A model generated the notes under the pieces. That model ran no database searches, was not told the DNA's origin, and saw only the letters and a program-made list of their open reading frames with translations. Source: Nageia nagi (taxonomy: Eukaryota > Plantae > Pinophyta). Taken from it: a stretch of DNA of 64,000 nucleotides. Within the stretch, counting starts at the first letter, position 1. Each line of letters opens with the position of its first letter. Shown piece after piece: positions 51,301 through 61,450 of this stretch. The position numbers and the translations under genes were made by a program. The stretch covers positions 28,520,001 through 28,584,000 of the forward strand of contig JBITNC010000002.1 of assembly GCA_050084985.1 (NCBI GenBank). The letters run 5' to 3'.

Positions 51301-53030
51301 TGAACTAGTACAAAACAGAGGATAATGCACTTATTATTTCAAGATTGCACAGTATTATTTAGGTAGATCAATTTGACAAAGCCTCATCCAAACAAATATA
51401 ATGTTATGAATCACAAATCTGGGGGCAACTCCAAAGGATGGACCTTTTTGATCAAATCATCAAAATAGTTTACCAATAAGCATTGATATCAAATATTCAA
51501 TAGATAATAGTTTTTCCAATTATTTATGATTTTGATCATAAACCATATTTCTCATCCTATACTAATACTAATGAAGAAAATACCAAAATTGTTGTCATCA
51601 GAAATTTACTCAATTTTCTTTATCATTAATTCTGATGATTGGTCTTTGTATGATCCTTGCATAGCAATTGTTGTTTCTCTATTTTGATAAGTGCCTATAA
51701 GGATCCCCTCTAGAGTTGTCAAACATGGTATTCAAATTTTTCTATGTTAATGAATTTCCAATTCAATCTAACAATACTAAACGGCTATTATTTTGAACAC
51801 AGCAACAGGAGTATTACACTAACAGGCAATAGAGATAACGTTGTTCTAGAATCTATCCTTGCATCGTAAAAACATAATCGCCAATGAGATAGAATCGATA
51901 GAAACAACAACCAATTGAAAAAACTGCTTTGTGTTTAGGGCCACATTCAAAGTTTAGCAACCTTTTTAAGTTCCCACTATACCATCTCCAAAAACCTGTA
52001 CAATAAAAAACCGAAGAGGTGGCGGGACTGGGAGTTGAAATTGAATCAGCACAATTAACTATAGAAACTATCAAAACCCAAATGGAAATCAATGTTTTGG
52101 GGGGCTTCAGTGAAAACTTGACAATTTTTTTCCTTTTGATTCTCAAGATACCCTGCCATTACAACATGTACAAATGATTGGCCCAAGGTAAAAGACAAAT
52201 GAAGGACTAACCCAATCAAATGCAGAATCAAGCAAAGCCTAATTGTGAAAAGATTTTGGGTGCTGCAATGAAAACTCAACAACGGTTTGAATGTTCCATA
52301 GAACTACTAAATGAACCTATATGAATGATTAACTAAAAGGAGAAATAGAATAGAAGCACGTATCCAAAATCAATCAAAAAACGGATGTGAAACCTAGTGG
52401 AGAATCATAAAAACCTTGACAACTTTTTAATACTCAAGATTCCACTATACGAATGACCATCCCAAATCCAGACATGAAATCAACTATTCTGGGCTGCATT
52501 AAAACCAGATATAGCATGGTGGCTAAGTTGTGTATGACCTGATCAACACCTATGTATATTCTGGTGTCCACTGAAGCCTTCTCAGCAAACCCAACACAGG
52601 CCCACAGGGAGACAGAATTGAAGGACTAAACTAATCAACATCCAGACTTAAAACCAATTATTTTGGCCAGCATTGAATTCTTACAAAACATTGTCCTCAA
52701 CAAGCCTAAAACATACACATATAATTATGGTGATGTGAGCATATACATACGCTAACGTGTGTGTGTGTCTATATATGAAATATTATTAGCACTGACCATT
52801 GCCAAGGCATGTTGAAGGCCCATGACTGCAGCCAAGAAGAATGACATCTTATCATCCTTGCCAAAGAAAGGAGGTAAATTCCTCCTCCCACCACAAGCAA
52901 TTCTGGGTGTGCATAAATATCCCCAATTATAGTTACCTATAACTCTCCCCCTCCACCCAGATTGCTGCTGCTCTCCTTCCCTTCTATTAGAGATCTCTTC
53001 ACCTTGCATATTAGAGCTACTGGACTCCAT
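13979..53030 (-). CDS. NAT/NCS2 family uric acid-xanthine/purine permease, UapA/UapC-like; exons 1-6 only (partial, 252 aa)
   Basis: Exons 52797-53030, 46250-46319, 36384-36473, 22873-22923, 14556-14698 and 13979-14146 all have GT-AG ends and compatible phases (0,1,1,1,0,0). Joined protein: ...VIGNYNWGYLCTP...PPFFGKDDKMSFFLAAVMGLQHALAM|VGGIITPPILISS...Y|LVSAALIVSAFASFIQ...|GSGLLSVMGITF...AYGHILGT|ILVCCWLQVAVSFCPPRILQRIFPPIVTGTTIILIGVSLIATGFKYWGGG. It is colinear with Aspergillus UapA TMS1-5 as I recall it (PPFFG, QH motif, GSGxLSVMG, FPPIVTG, W(A/G)GG). Confidence 0.92.
14556..14698 (-). CDS. Permease exon 5 (Cys-rich loop)
   Basis: ttacag|TT...ACT|gtgagt; encodes (V)DQVISVLTACTCNGVSCSVSGSCKSCSQQLEGKCLSGEDAYGHILGT. 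Confidence 0.88.
15100..15167. repeat. Perfect 26-bp inverted repeat with a 16-nt spacer
   Basis: tttctagaaaatgaacataaggaaaa / ttttccttatgttcattttctagaaa. Confidence 0.9.
15650..18760 (-). mobile_element. Degenerate Ty3/Gypsy remnant (gag and aspartic protease traces); boundaries approximate
   Basis: Protease-like SGSQRNTIYIEAVKMLNLHITPYPQSY (17704-17976) and DVAPLDI..LLG..YMWKRHG in a neighbouring frame, with many stops. Related non-coding sequence recurs at about 19830-21200. Confidence 0.65.
17100..17494. repeat. Two-copy tandem duplication of about 196 bp
   Basis: ttcttattgtccataaatttta...ttcaat(g/a)gatat repeated, with few mismatches. Confidence 0.92.
19973..20810. mobile_element. Mutator-like foldback MITE
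   Basis: Termini (a/g)ggaaacttaccaaaa...ttttggtaagtttccc; long TIRs built of aaattaccaaaatacc subrepeats; 9-bp TSD TAGAAACAA on both sides. Confidence 0.9.
22873..22923 (-). CDS. Permease exon 4
   Basis: ttgcag|GA...ATTG|gtatgt; encodes (G)SGLLSVMGITFSVVPI. Confidence 0.9.
24307..24362. repeat. (TA)28 microsatellite
   Basis: Read directly. Confidence 0.95.
25647..29583 (-). mobile_element. Complete hAT DNA transposon (3937 bp)
   Basis: TIRs CATAGTAG(T/C)AAA(T/A)CTCG (15/17 match); 8-bp TSD AACCATAT (25639-25646 and 29584-29591); CpG-rich subterminal GACTCG repeats at both ends. Confidence 0.97.
26051..28802 (-). CDS. hAT transposase (BED finger, DUF659, hATC dimerisation domain), 5 coding exons, about 776 aa, one 1-nt frameshift
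   Basis: Exons 27580-28802, 27331-27471, 26832-27237, 26508-26723 and 26051-26394 with GT-AG and matching phases. Motifs AWKY..CLFC..GGINRLKYHLA, IMSDGW, TDNA, WTPCAAHCLDL, TRFAT, CSASGCERNWS. One T is missing from a T-run at about 28366-28371. Confidence 0.9.
30800..34248 (-). pseudogene. Decayed retrotransposon accessory (non gag-pol) ORF, Tat/Ogre-like extra-ORF type
   Basis: Chain of frameshifted minus-strand ORF pieces (VGDTD.G; WSGVISDALCHQL...FYLNSYLVY; acidic SSSDEETDEE and basic tracts). The family call is from my recall of gymnosperm retroelement ORFs. Confidence 0.55.
34980..35980. repeat. Array of about 55-nt hairpin units (GGGTGC-AAAA-GCAC core) at about 100-bp spacing
   Basis: Cores at about 34990, 35440, 35533, 35633, 35730 and 35940. 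Confidence 0.8.
36384..36473 (-). CDS. Permease exon 3
   Basis: aacag|AC...TTAG|gttaac; encodes (Y)LVSAALIVSAFASFIQILQMKIPFTSYVL. Confidence 0.9.
39196..43900 (+). mobile_element. Large LTR-like remnant containing a satellite-like array; right end uncertain
   Basis: Starts TGTCATGTGCCCC, an LTR-type terminus (a related inverted terminus GGGACATGACA ends at 12721). TATA-like ctattaatag at 42981. No TSD found. Confidence 0.5.
40330..42420. repeat. Degenerate tandem array with about 183-bp period
   Basis: Anchor TAGGCGCA...TTTGAT..ATCAAA...ATGCGCCTAG at about 40392, 40576, 40759, 40951, 41587, 41771, 41955, 42137 and 42311. Confidence 0.85.
46250..46319 (-). CDS. Permease exon 2
   Basis: ttccag|GTTGGA...GCAT|gtacgt; encodes VGGIITPPILISSIAGFSTESQA. 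Confidence 0.9.
47608..48917 (-). mobile_element. Old isolated LTR of about 1.3 kb, same family as 58832-60114, opposite orientation
   Basis: Reverse complement reads TGTAAGTTCCACTT...GGCTCATCA and is colinear with 58832-60114. No TSD. Confidence 0.75.
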
Positions 53031-53770
53031 CCCTACACTCAATCATTCACTCCCCCCTCAACTGATGGGTATTTAATTTTTGCAGCTGGATATTGAACTG
53101 CAGCGCTTGGAGTATTCGAGTGTGATCACACAATGCCCATGCTTCTCCACGCATTTAAGAAGATAAAACTCTGTAACGACCACTCCTCTTTTTGACTGAA
53201 TTCTTTCTTTCTAAGGTGTGACTGATGATAGGACTAGTAGAAAGCGCCCACCAGCCTATCAAAGAACCCTTAACTGAATTATTTTGTCCGCTCCAAAAAA
53301 AACCTCTTGAGCCAATTATATAGTTGGAATTGGATGCTCAGCCACAAAAAGGCCGCATTGGGGAAAAGCTGAATCTTTGATGTTATATTTTGGCCTTTGA
53401 TTTAAAATTACTGACCAAAAAATACTGGTTTGAAATCTTTAGTTTAAGAGATTCAGCTTTTTTCTGGCCTTTCACTTTTAAGTTTCAAGTAGTAGGACAA
53501 AATACTGGGTTGAAATCCTTCTGTAAAAGATTCAGTATCATGTAAGGTTTTTTTTTTAAATAGATGAATGAGGTTGGTCTTTTGGTAGTATTTATGAGGA
53601 GATTTTAAGGAGGGTTAACAAGGGAAGGTTTTTTTTTAAGGAAATTTATTATAATATCTTTGTATGTTTATGAAATTATCAAAATATCTTTTAATCTATA
53701 AAAATTATTAAAATACCTTTATAAATTTATGAAATTATCAAAATACCCCTTAATCTATAAAAATTACTAA
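52083..53770 (-). repeat. Source copy A of the duplicated segment
   Basis: Matches 1537-3211, and continues into an intact MITE on one side and intron 1 on the other. Confidence 0.95.
52797..53030 (-). CDS. Permease exon 1 (78 codons)
   Basis: ATG at 53030; donor ATG|GTCAGT; contains PPFFG and GLQHALAM. Confidence 0.9.
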
Positions 53771-54459
53771 AATACTTTTATAAATTTATGAAATTAGTAA
53801 AATATCTTTCAATCTTCAAAATTTACCAAAATATCCTTAAATTTTATAAATTAAAAAATGAAAAATATTTTAATACTTTTATAAATAAAATAATGATTGA
53901 AATATTTCATTCTATTTATTTATTATTTATAAAATTGAATACTTTTAATCATTGCAAAATTCACATCTTATATATCAATTGAATCTAGGACACCATCATA
54001 TCATATTAACATATATTTATTTAAAGAATTATAATTTAAAAAAATATTTTATTTATTTATTATTTAAACAATAACATAACTCTCCAATTTTTACAATTCA
54101 TAAAAGAATTATATTTATTTCAATTTATATAAGAATATTTATTTATTTCATTTAAAATATATATATATATATATATATATATAAACGTTCTACCCACTAT
54201 GATTTCATGTAGTTGAAAAATAACTAAAAATTTACATTTAAAAAATAAACGAATTAAATGATGTGTTAAAGGTTTACAATTTTTTTTGCATTGTTTTAAT
54301 TTTTTTTACAAGAGTATTAAAATATTTTTTTATTTTTTAATTCATGAATTTATAAGGGTATTTTGGTAATTTTTAAAGATTGAAGGGTATTTTGGTAATT
54401 TCATGAACTTATAAGTGTATTTTGGTAATTTCATGAACTTACATTTTAATAAGTTTCCT
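53640..54459. mobile_element. Second MITE of the same Mutator-like family, about 600 bp upstream of the permease ATG
   Basis: Same TIR subrepeats and internal sequence as 19973-20810; TSD-like TTTTTTTAA on both sides. A truncated copy sits at 3081-3211. Confidence 0.85.
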
Positions 54460-55899
54460 TTTTTTTAAAAGTGAGAGTTACATTTATTTTTAAATAGTTA
54501 GTTATCATTTCAATCTATATTTATTTAAGAATGTTAAGGGAGATTAATGATGATCTATAGAATGATTATAGTGGGTTAGTACATAGTATGTATATTTTAT
54601 AGTGGAAATCAAACATAGAACATAAAATAATGCATGATCAATTCAACCAACAATCTTGAATTTTTTAAAGAAGAATAAAAGTCTTAAACCATTTGCACTA
54701 TCCCTAAAAGATGTTTGTTGTATGCAATATTATAATAAAAAATTATAACAAATTTTTTTTGTAAAAGTTGATTATCAATAAAAGGACATATATCATGAAT
54801 GAAAAATAGTAATCATTAGATATTTTAGTAATAACAGAATTATGAAAAGCCGAATAACTACCTTCTTTAAATTATTACATTGAATTTGAAAAAGTTAATG
54901 TAATATTTGAATAGGTTGATATCAAAAATTATATAAATGAAATTGTAAATATCAAAATTAAAATTTAATATTTTTCTAAATTGATTATGGGGTTGAATAT
55001 TTAACATCTTTAATTTATGTCATATTTATTAAAATTTTCATTTTATTGTGAGTTAATACTTACTTTTTTTTTTAGTTTTTTTTTTTTATAAACACATAAA
55101 TTGACTACTATAATAAAATATCTTTATGGACAATTAAAATAGACTCTTTGTTTTATTTTAGGTATTAAAAAATAAGAGATCAATTAACGGTAATATATGC
55201 ACTTTATTTAATATTACATATGGTATATTGTTATTATAATCGATATATTACATTATATTTTTTCTGGTGCAAGGATCAAGGAGTATTAAGTAAGATAACT
55301 TAGGGCTTTGATGACACATGCCTATTTAATATGCATATGATATAATTATTAGACCTTTATAAATCTCACCTACATATTTTTTATTCTTTAATATTAAATG
55401 TGATTGATGTCTATTGATACCACCTATCAAGATCTGAATTTTATCATATCATTTGAGGTTTGTTGTCTATCTTTCACTTTGTTTTCTAAAATAAGCTTAC
55501 TCTTGAAAGATTATCACTATTGATCTTCATTTCACCATCTTTTATTGAGGTTTGATATAATAAGCACTTGGTCCCAAAATTTAAAGACCCTAACATAAGT
55601 GCTCAATCCCAAAAATTACAAGCCCTAGTGTGGTGGCTCAAGAAGGAAGGTTATTTAAGTTCATATCTTGTTTATGAAGTCTTGATACCTTGCTAAGCTT
55701 ATTCTTGGCATCATATCAACATTATAGGTAAGAATAATGTGTAAATTATCTTAATTCTAGTATTGATAGAAATGTTTTGGTTTAATAACTTTAAATGATT
55801 TCTTATCTTCGTCATTATATTATTATTATTAGTTATTGTTAATTGTTCATAACTTTTTTCAAATTAAAAAGAGGCTTAGACATGGCCAAAAACATATTT

Positions 55900-57200
55900 T
55901 GATAATTTTTGTTCCAAGGATCTATTAAAGTAGTCCTAGAGAAGATGCTAAGTATGAAAAAGAAAGAAATTATAAAGAGAAATAAAGTGATCCCCTAGTG
56001 GAACTAAATGGGTCTTCAAGGGTTTAACTCTTTATTGAGTCACAAGAACTCCTTGGTTGCAATATTCGTTCATAGTAGCTCCTTAGTTCCAATATTGAGT
56101 CATTATAGTTCTTTGGCTACAAAAGAGTGTATTTGAGGCTTTTTTCCATTAAATATTTATCACTTTGCTCAAGATTGCACTCTAACGTCCTAGGAGTTTC
56201 AAGATGTCCATTTTCATAAGCTTCCCTCCATCATTTTTTCCCTTAATGGTGCTATTGATTTTTCCCTCAATCGCATGGAGGTTAACTATCAAATAGACAT
56301 CCTTATTTTCTAATGATTTTCCAATATAGCTTCAATATTTAAGGATGTAATAACATTGAATTCTTCCTAGAATTTGTTTCTTTTCTGTCAAGGATCATCT
56401 CTTTTTGAAAGGTGCTCAACTTAGGTTCATTGTAGCATGGATTCAATTTCTTTGATTGAATCTTCCTCTAACAATGTGTACAAGTAGGTTGATAAAGTAA
56501 TGATTCATTAGAGTGAAATATAGAATTTTGAACATTGTCTATAGTTGATGATTCTTACAAAGTTTGTTCAGAAGAAAATATTCACAAATTATCAACTCCT
56601 TATCAAGCCAAGTGGAAGGTTAGGTACCATCCACATAGTCTTCTCAATGCCTTATGCTTTAGATTTTCTATTGGGATCCATTTTTTGTACAAGATAAGCT
56701 TTCCTTGCAATTACTCATTATATGCAACAAAAATTCCTTCCTTCATCAATTCTCCTTTATTTGAAATAACAATATAAGTTTCATTCACCATCCCATTGAA
56801 TCCTATAAACAAGTTAAATGTGCTAGGAATTTTGCACCAAGGACATTAGTGGCTTTTTGGAGTAAGTTTCTTGATATTTTTAGTCGATATAAGCCTTGCC
56901 ATTTTATTTTATATATTTTTTTCTTTGATTTTTATTTCTTCGTTAGGGTTTTTATTGCCTACAAATACCCTAGAAAGTAGCATTAAATGAATCATGTTAA
57001 GTTCATTTTCAGTATATCAGGGTTCTCTTCCCCTCAAATTTTGCATGAACAATAGCTTGGATTTGGTCACTAATGTCTTCAGATCTACAAGTGAATAAGA
57101 ATTTTATCATTTTAGTCATTTTTTGTATGTCCTTCTGAGTTGTCTTCCTTTTCATATGCACCCACATCGATCCCATGCATCAAATTGTTGCACTCCATCT
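55900..57200 (-). mobile_element. Possible highly decayed LINE reverse transcriptase remnant
   Basis: Only faint resemblance of minus-strand translations to RT motifs; no open frame. Confidence 0.25.
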
Positions 57201-58831
57201 TTATTATTTTTATTCATAACCATTATTTCATTATTATATTTTTTATCATTATTGAATAATTATTAGATACATGTGATTATTTGATTATTAAATCTCTTTT
57301 TAAGTATTTTCAAATTAGTGAACCTGAGTCTTTTTTGGCAAACCTTGAGGTTTGTTGTATTGTGCAATTTCATAAGTTTTTAGGTTTTGCCATAATTAAT
57401 TTTCATGACCATTTAACCTAAATATAGTTTATTAAAACTTTGAAATCATTAAGAACTAAAGGATTTTTTATGGTAAAATATTTTTATAGTAAACCCTTGA
57501 TTTTGAAGGTCATATTGTTAGATTTGGCAAGTTCTGATATGTTAAAATTGATTCCAAGTCATAGATATTTATAGCAATAAAGTATGTTTTATTTCATAAT
57601 AGGTTGGATGTTGATTCCTACTACTTATATGCTTGAATTTATCAAAGATGGATTTAATGTTATATTAGATGCATTTACACCACAAATTGGAAATATAATT
57701 GTAATGGTTATCTTCCTGTACATCCACCATTACAAATATTTTAAGGAGAAAAATAGTTGCATAATATTGGAGTTAATTTTTTTTATTAACCAATAATGAT
57801 CTAATCCATTATTTTAATGGATTCATGTACAAATTTTATAATAATTCCTCACTAATTATAGGCATACATTAGTTTTCTACTTTTGTTTCTTATAATAGCA
57901 ATCTTTTGCCATCTTTTGAGAATTGGAGGACTCATTAGTTTATATCTCAAACTATTACCTCCATAAAATAATCTAAAATTATTTAAGCTTATAATAAGGT
58001 ATGAACTAATAAATGGAGTTAATATTTATACTCTATATTCCCTTAATCACATATAGTTATAGGTTACTTATTAATAACTTATTTTCTTTTAATATTTTTC
58101 TAATGGCAATGTATAGTTGTAGATAGTTTAGAATGATAATTCCAAATCACACAATAGTTTTTTATAAGTTATATTATGCTCATGTATTAAAATATTCATA
58201 CAACTTGTAAGATTAACAATGTTAACATATACTCACCATGTTGGTATTAATTTATACAATTAGAAATTAAAAAATCTTCCAATTGTAAAAACATCATATA
58301 AAACTATCTTTCATACATATATCTTCAACAATGTGATCAATTTTCAATTATCATAAAGATTTTATAAGATGCTTCAATCATTACAAGTAAATCCTTATTC
58401 TCCTTATTTCAAATTATGCATTAAATATATTTACTTGTTCACATTGAACTCAAGTATCATTTATAATTTTAATGTTCCCAATTTGTAAGATTTTATTCTT
58501 TTTTTGTTTTAAGGAGATTTCATCTTCTACAAGGAAGAAATTGACATTTCATCACTTGAAATGGAAAGAAGACCTTGCACCAATCATTTTGATAAGTTAC
58601 ACGATTAGGTTTCATCAAGAAACGAAGTAGTTATGGATTTTGAAGTTTGCCTCTCAAACCAATTTTCTAATATCGTTCACACATGGGAATACAAAATTTC
58701 CTTTCCATTTGACCATTTAGAAGGTCATGTATTTCTCCTAATAATGTGCAATTATTGTTTTATTAATTTAGGTGCGATTTATATTCAGTTAGGAATAATT
58801 TCAATATTTGTAATAAATGGCCCAATTTTTT

Positions 58832-61450
58832 TGTAAGTTCCACTTGAATGTTTAAATTAATAAATAAACACTTCAATTATGGAACATTGGGCATATTTAC
58901 TGTAACTATAAGTATAATAATATTTTAATGCCAATAATGATGTAATGATGATACCAAGGTAATTATTAATTATAAATGTAATATCAGTCACTATTTTTAG
59001 GATGTTGCATATATTAAGCCCTGATGATTGTAATATTGGCATTTAATGGGCCTCTTTAGTAATATTGCTCCCCTTTTAAGGTAAAGCATAACAACAAGGT
59101 GATTACGCATACTATGAGGTATTGGAAGACATCAACACTTGGATGTTAGTTGATGAGGAGCTTTGGATCATTTGATGAGCATTTGGGCATCCCAAGACAC
59201 CCATGTCTCACCCTTGGAGGCTTTTTGGCATATGGCATGGATACTAAGGCACATGGAAGTCCTCAATAGTCCAATGTTGGCATTATAGGCCCTTGGATGT
59301 GATAACACTCATCTCAAAGGTACCTCATATTGGGCATTGGCTATGTGAGTATACGAATCACCCTTGTACATCGTTGGATCAACCCCAATGCTTAATTAGA
59401 GATGAGCTACCTCTCACTATATAAGGAGGAATCTTGGAAGACAAATTCATATGATTATTATTATGAATTCTTATTCTCAATTTGGGCATTTTTCTTCCTT
59501 GATTCCATTATTCAAAGTGAGGTACTTGTAATAGGGTGCAATGTAGGACTTACATGGGCACACACTTGGGGGTTAGTGTAACCTAAGTTATCAACTAGCT
59601 ATTCAACGGGTATTGCCATTACCCTTGGATTAGTAGAATATTTCTAATGGATCTTTGAGATTCCACCATAACTGTTGGAGGAGGAAGCCCTGGTGCAAGC
59701 CTTGCCACATTACTAATATGATCCCTAGAGCATTAATCTTCACACAATCACCATAGCAATTGAGGTTTACTACATTTACCAATTCAAATACAATTACTTT
59801 GGTGTTTATTCTATTATATTCTTATTATATGTCTCATCTTGCTTGTGTGTTAAATCTAGAGTGCAATTTCTATTTTAATTCATTTTTTACCTTCCATAGT
59901 GCCTATGTCGGATGTATGAGGGTTATTTACTAAGTTTATGTCATTATTAGCTAGATGTTAGACATGTGCATGATTTTTAGCATAATTGTAGATATTTGAA
60001 GCTTAGGAGTGAAATGTCCCTCTCCTAGGGCATGTTTGGTGATTTAATTATTATTTTATCTCTTGAATTAAAGGATTTAGACAAAATCCTAGTGAGCCCA
60101 TTTTAGGCTCATCATAGTGGTATCAGAACCAAGATCTTACCATCCTACTAGGTTAGATTTTGAAACACTTTCTATTGTTGAAGAAAAGAATATCTATTTA
60201 TACAACTAGAGGGAAGTTTTTGAGCTTAGATATTACCATTCTGATGAGTAGAAGATCTAGAGAAGGAGTTTGAGGAGTTTTTAAGAGAGTATTCTGACAT
60301 TAAGATCTACTTAAGAGCTTAGAGAAGAGGTTGTTGCTATTTTAGAGTTTCAATCTTGTGATTTTGAGCATCAAATTTCAATTAAGGACCTTCTGGCAGG
60401 TAAAGTTAGAGTTCAAGGCATCAAAATTGCATATTTGGTGGTCTTGAAGGTAAACGTTGGGATCTAGGCACTAAATCTCATTGTTGGAGTTATTCGTTGG
60501 GCCTATTTTGATCACATTATAGGGTTTTGAATCTCTTAAGAAGGTCATTTGGCCATAATGATATCATAATGATATCACAATGGTATCAACTTTTGGCCAT
60601 CCTATTGGGTTAATAAATTTGTTAAGGATATTCACCATTGGTACAAAATATTTTAGAGGAAGTTATCATAGGCTAAGTCTTACCATCCTATCAGAAGACA
60701 TTGGAAGATCTATAAGTGTGAGCATTATAGTGGACGTATTATCTTGAGATCACAGTGGTATTAGAGCCAAGATTTGGCCATACTATTGGGTTATATCTTG
60801 GATGCCTTTCAGTTGTTAAGATAAGGAGATCTCTCCATCATGCTAGAGAGAAGTTGTTGAGCTTAGATCTTTGCATTCTTCTAGGTGAAGATCTAAAGGA
60901 GTTCAAAGGAGTTACAATGATATTAGAGGTAAACATTGGATATAAGCATTAGATCTCATCATTGGGATAGTCATTGAACCTATTTTGACTACATTATAGG
61001 TTTAGAGGTTCTCAAAGGTGACATTTAGCTTATGGATCACAATGGAGTTAAATTGGAGCTAAGATCTTATCATCATGTTGGGAGATATTTAAATACTTTC
61101 AATTGAGAAAAGAGGATTTTTGACACCAATATCATAGTGGTATCTTGCATAGAGTTTGAAGACTACAACATAGTGGTATAAAGGGAATATTGTAGCATTC
61201 AAATCCAATTGAGAGCTTGATTTTGAGTATCAAATTTTAATTGTAGGACTCCTAGTAGGAAACATTGGAGTGTAAGGCATAAAAATTGCAAATATGGTGG
61301 GTTTGAAGGTAAACATTAGGATCTAATCACTATATTATATCACCCTTGGAGTTGTTTGTTGGACTTATTTGATCTCATTCCAAGGTTTCAAGGCTTTCTA
61401 GAGATAACTTGAAGTTGAAGGAGATTTAGGAGCTTGAGTTCATACTAGTA
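58832..61450 (+). mobile_element. LTR (58832-60114), PBS (60118-60130) and degenerate internal region
   Basis: TGTAAGTTCC...GGCTCATCA followed by TAGTGGTATCAGAACC; internal duplications (about 60350-60530 vs 61215-61400). Confidence 0.75.

Noticed and set aside
13979-53030. Fungal contamination as the source of the UapA-like gene
   Set aside because: Introns of 6-13 kb filled with plant-type TEs and a plant PLS-PPR fragment show a plant chromosome context.
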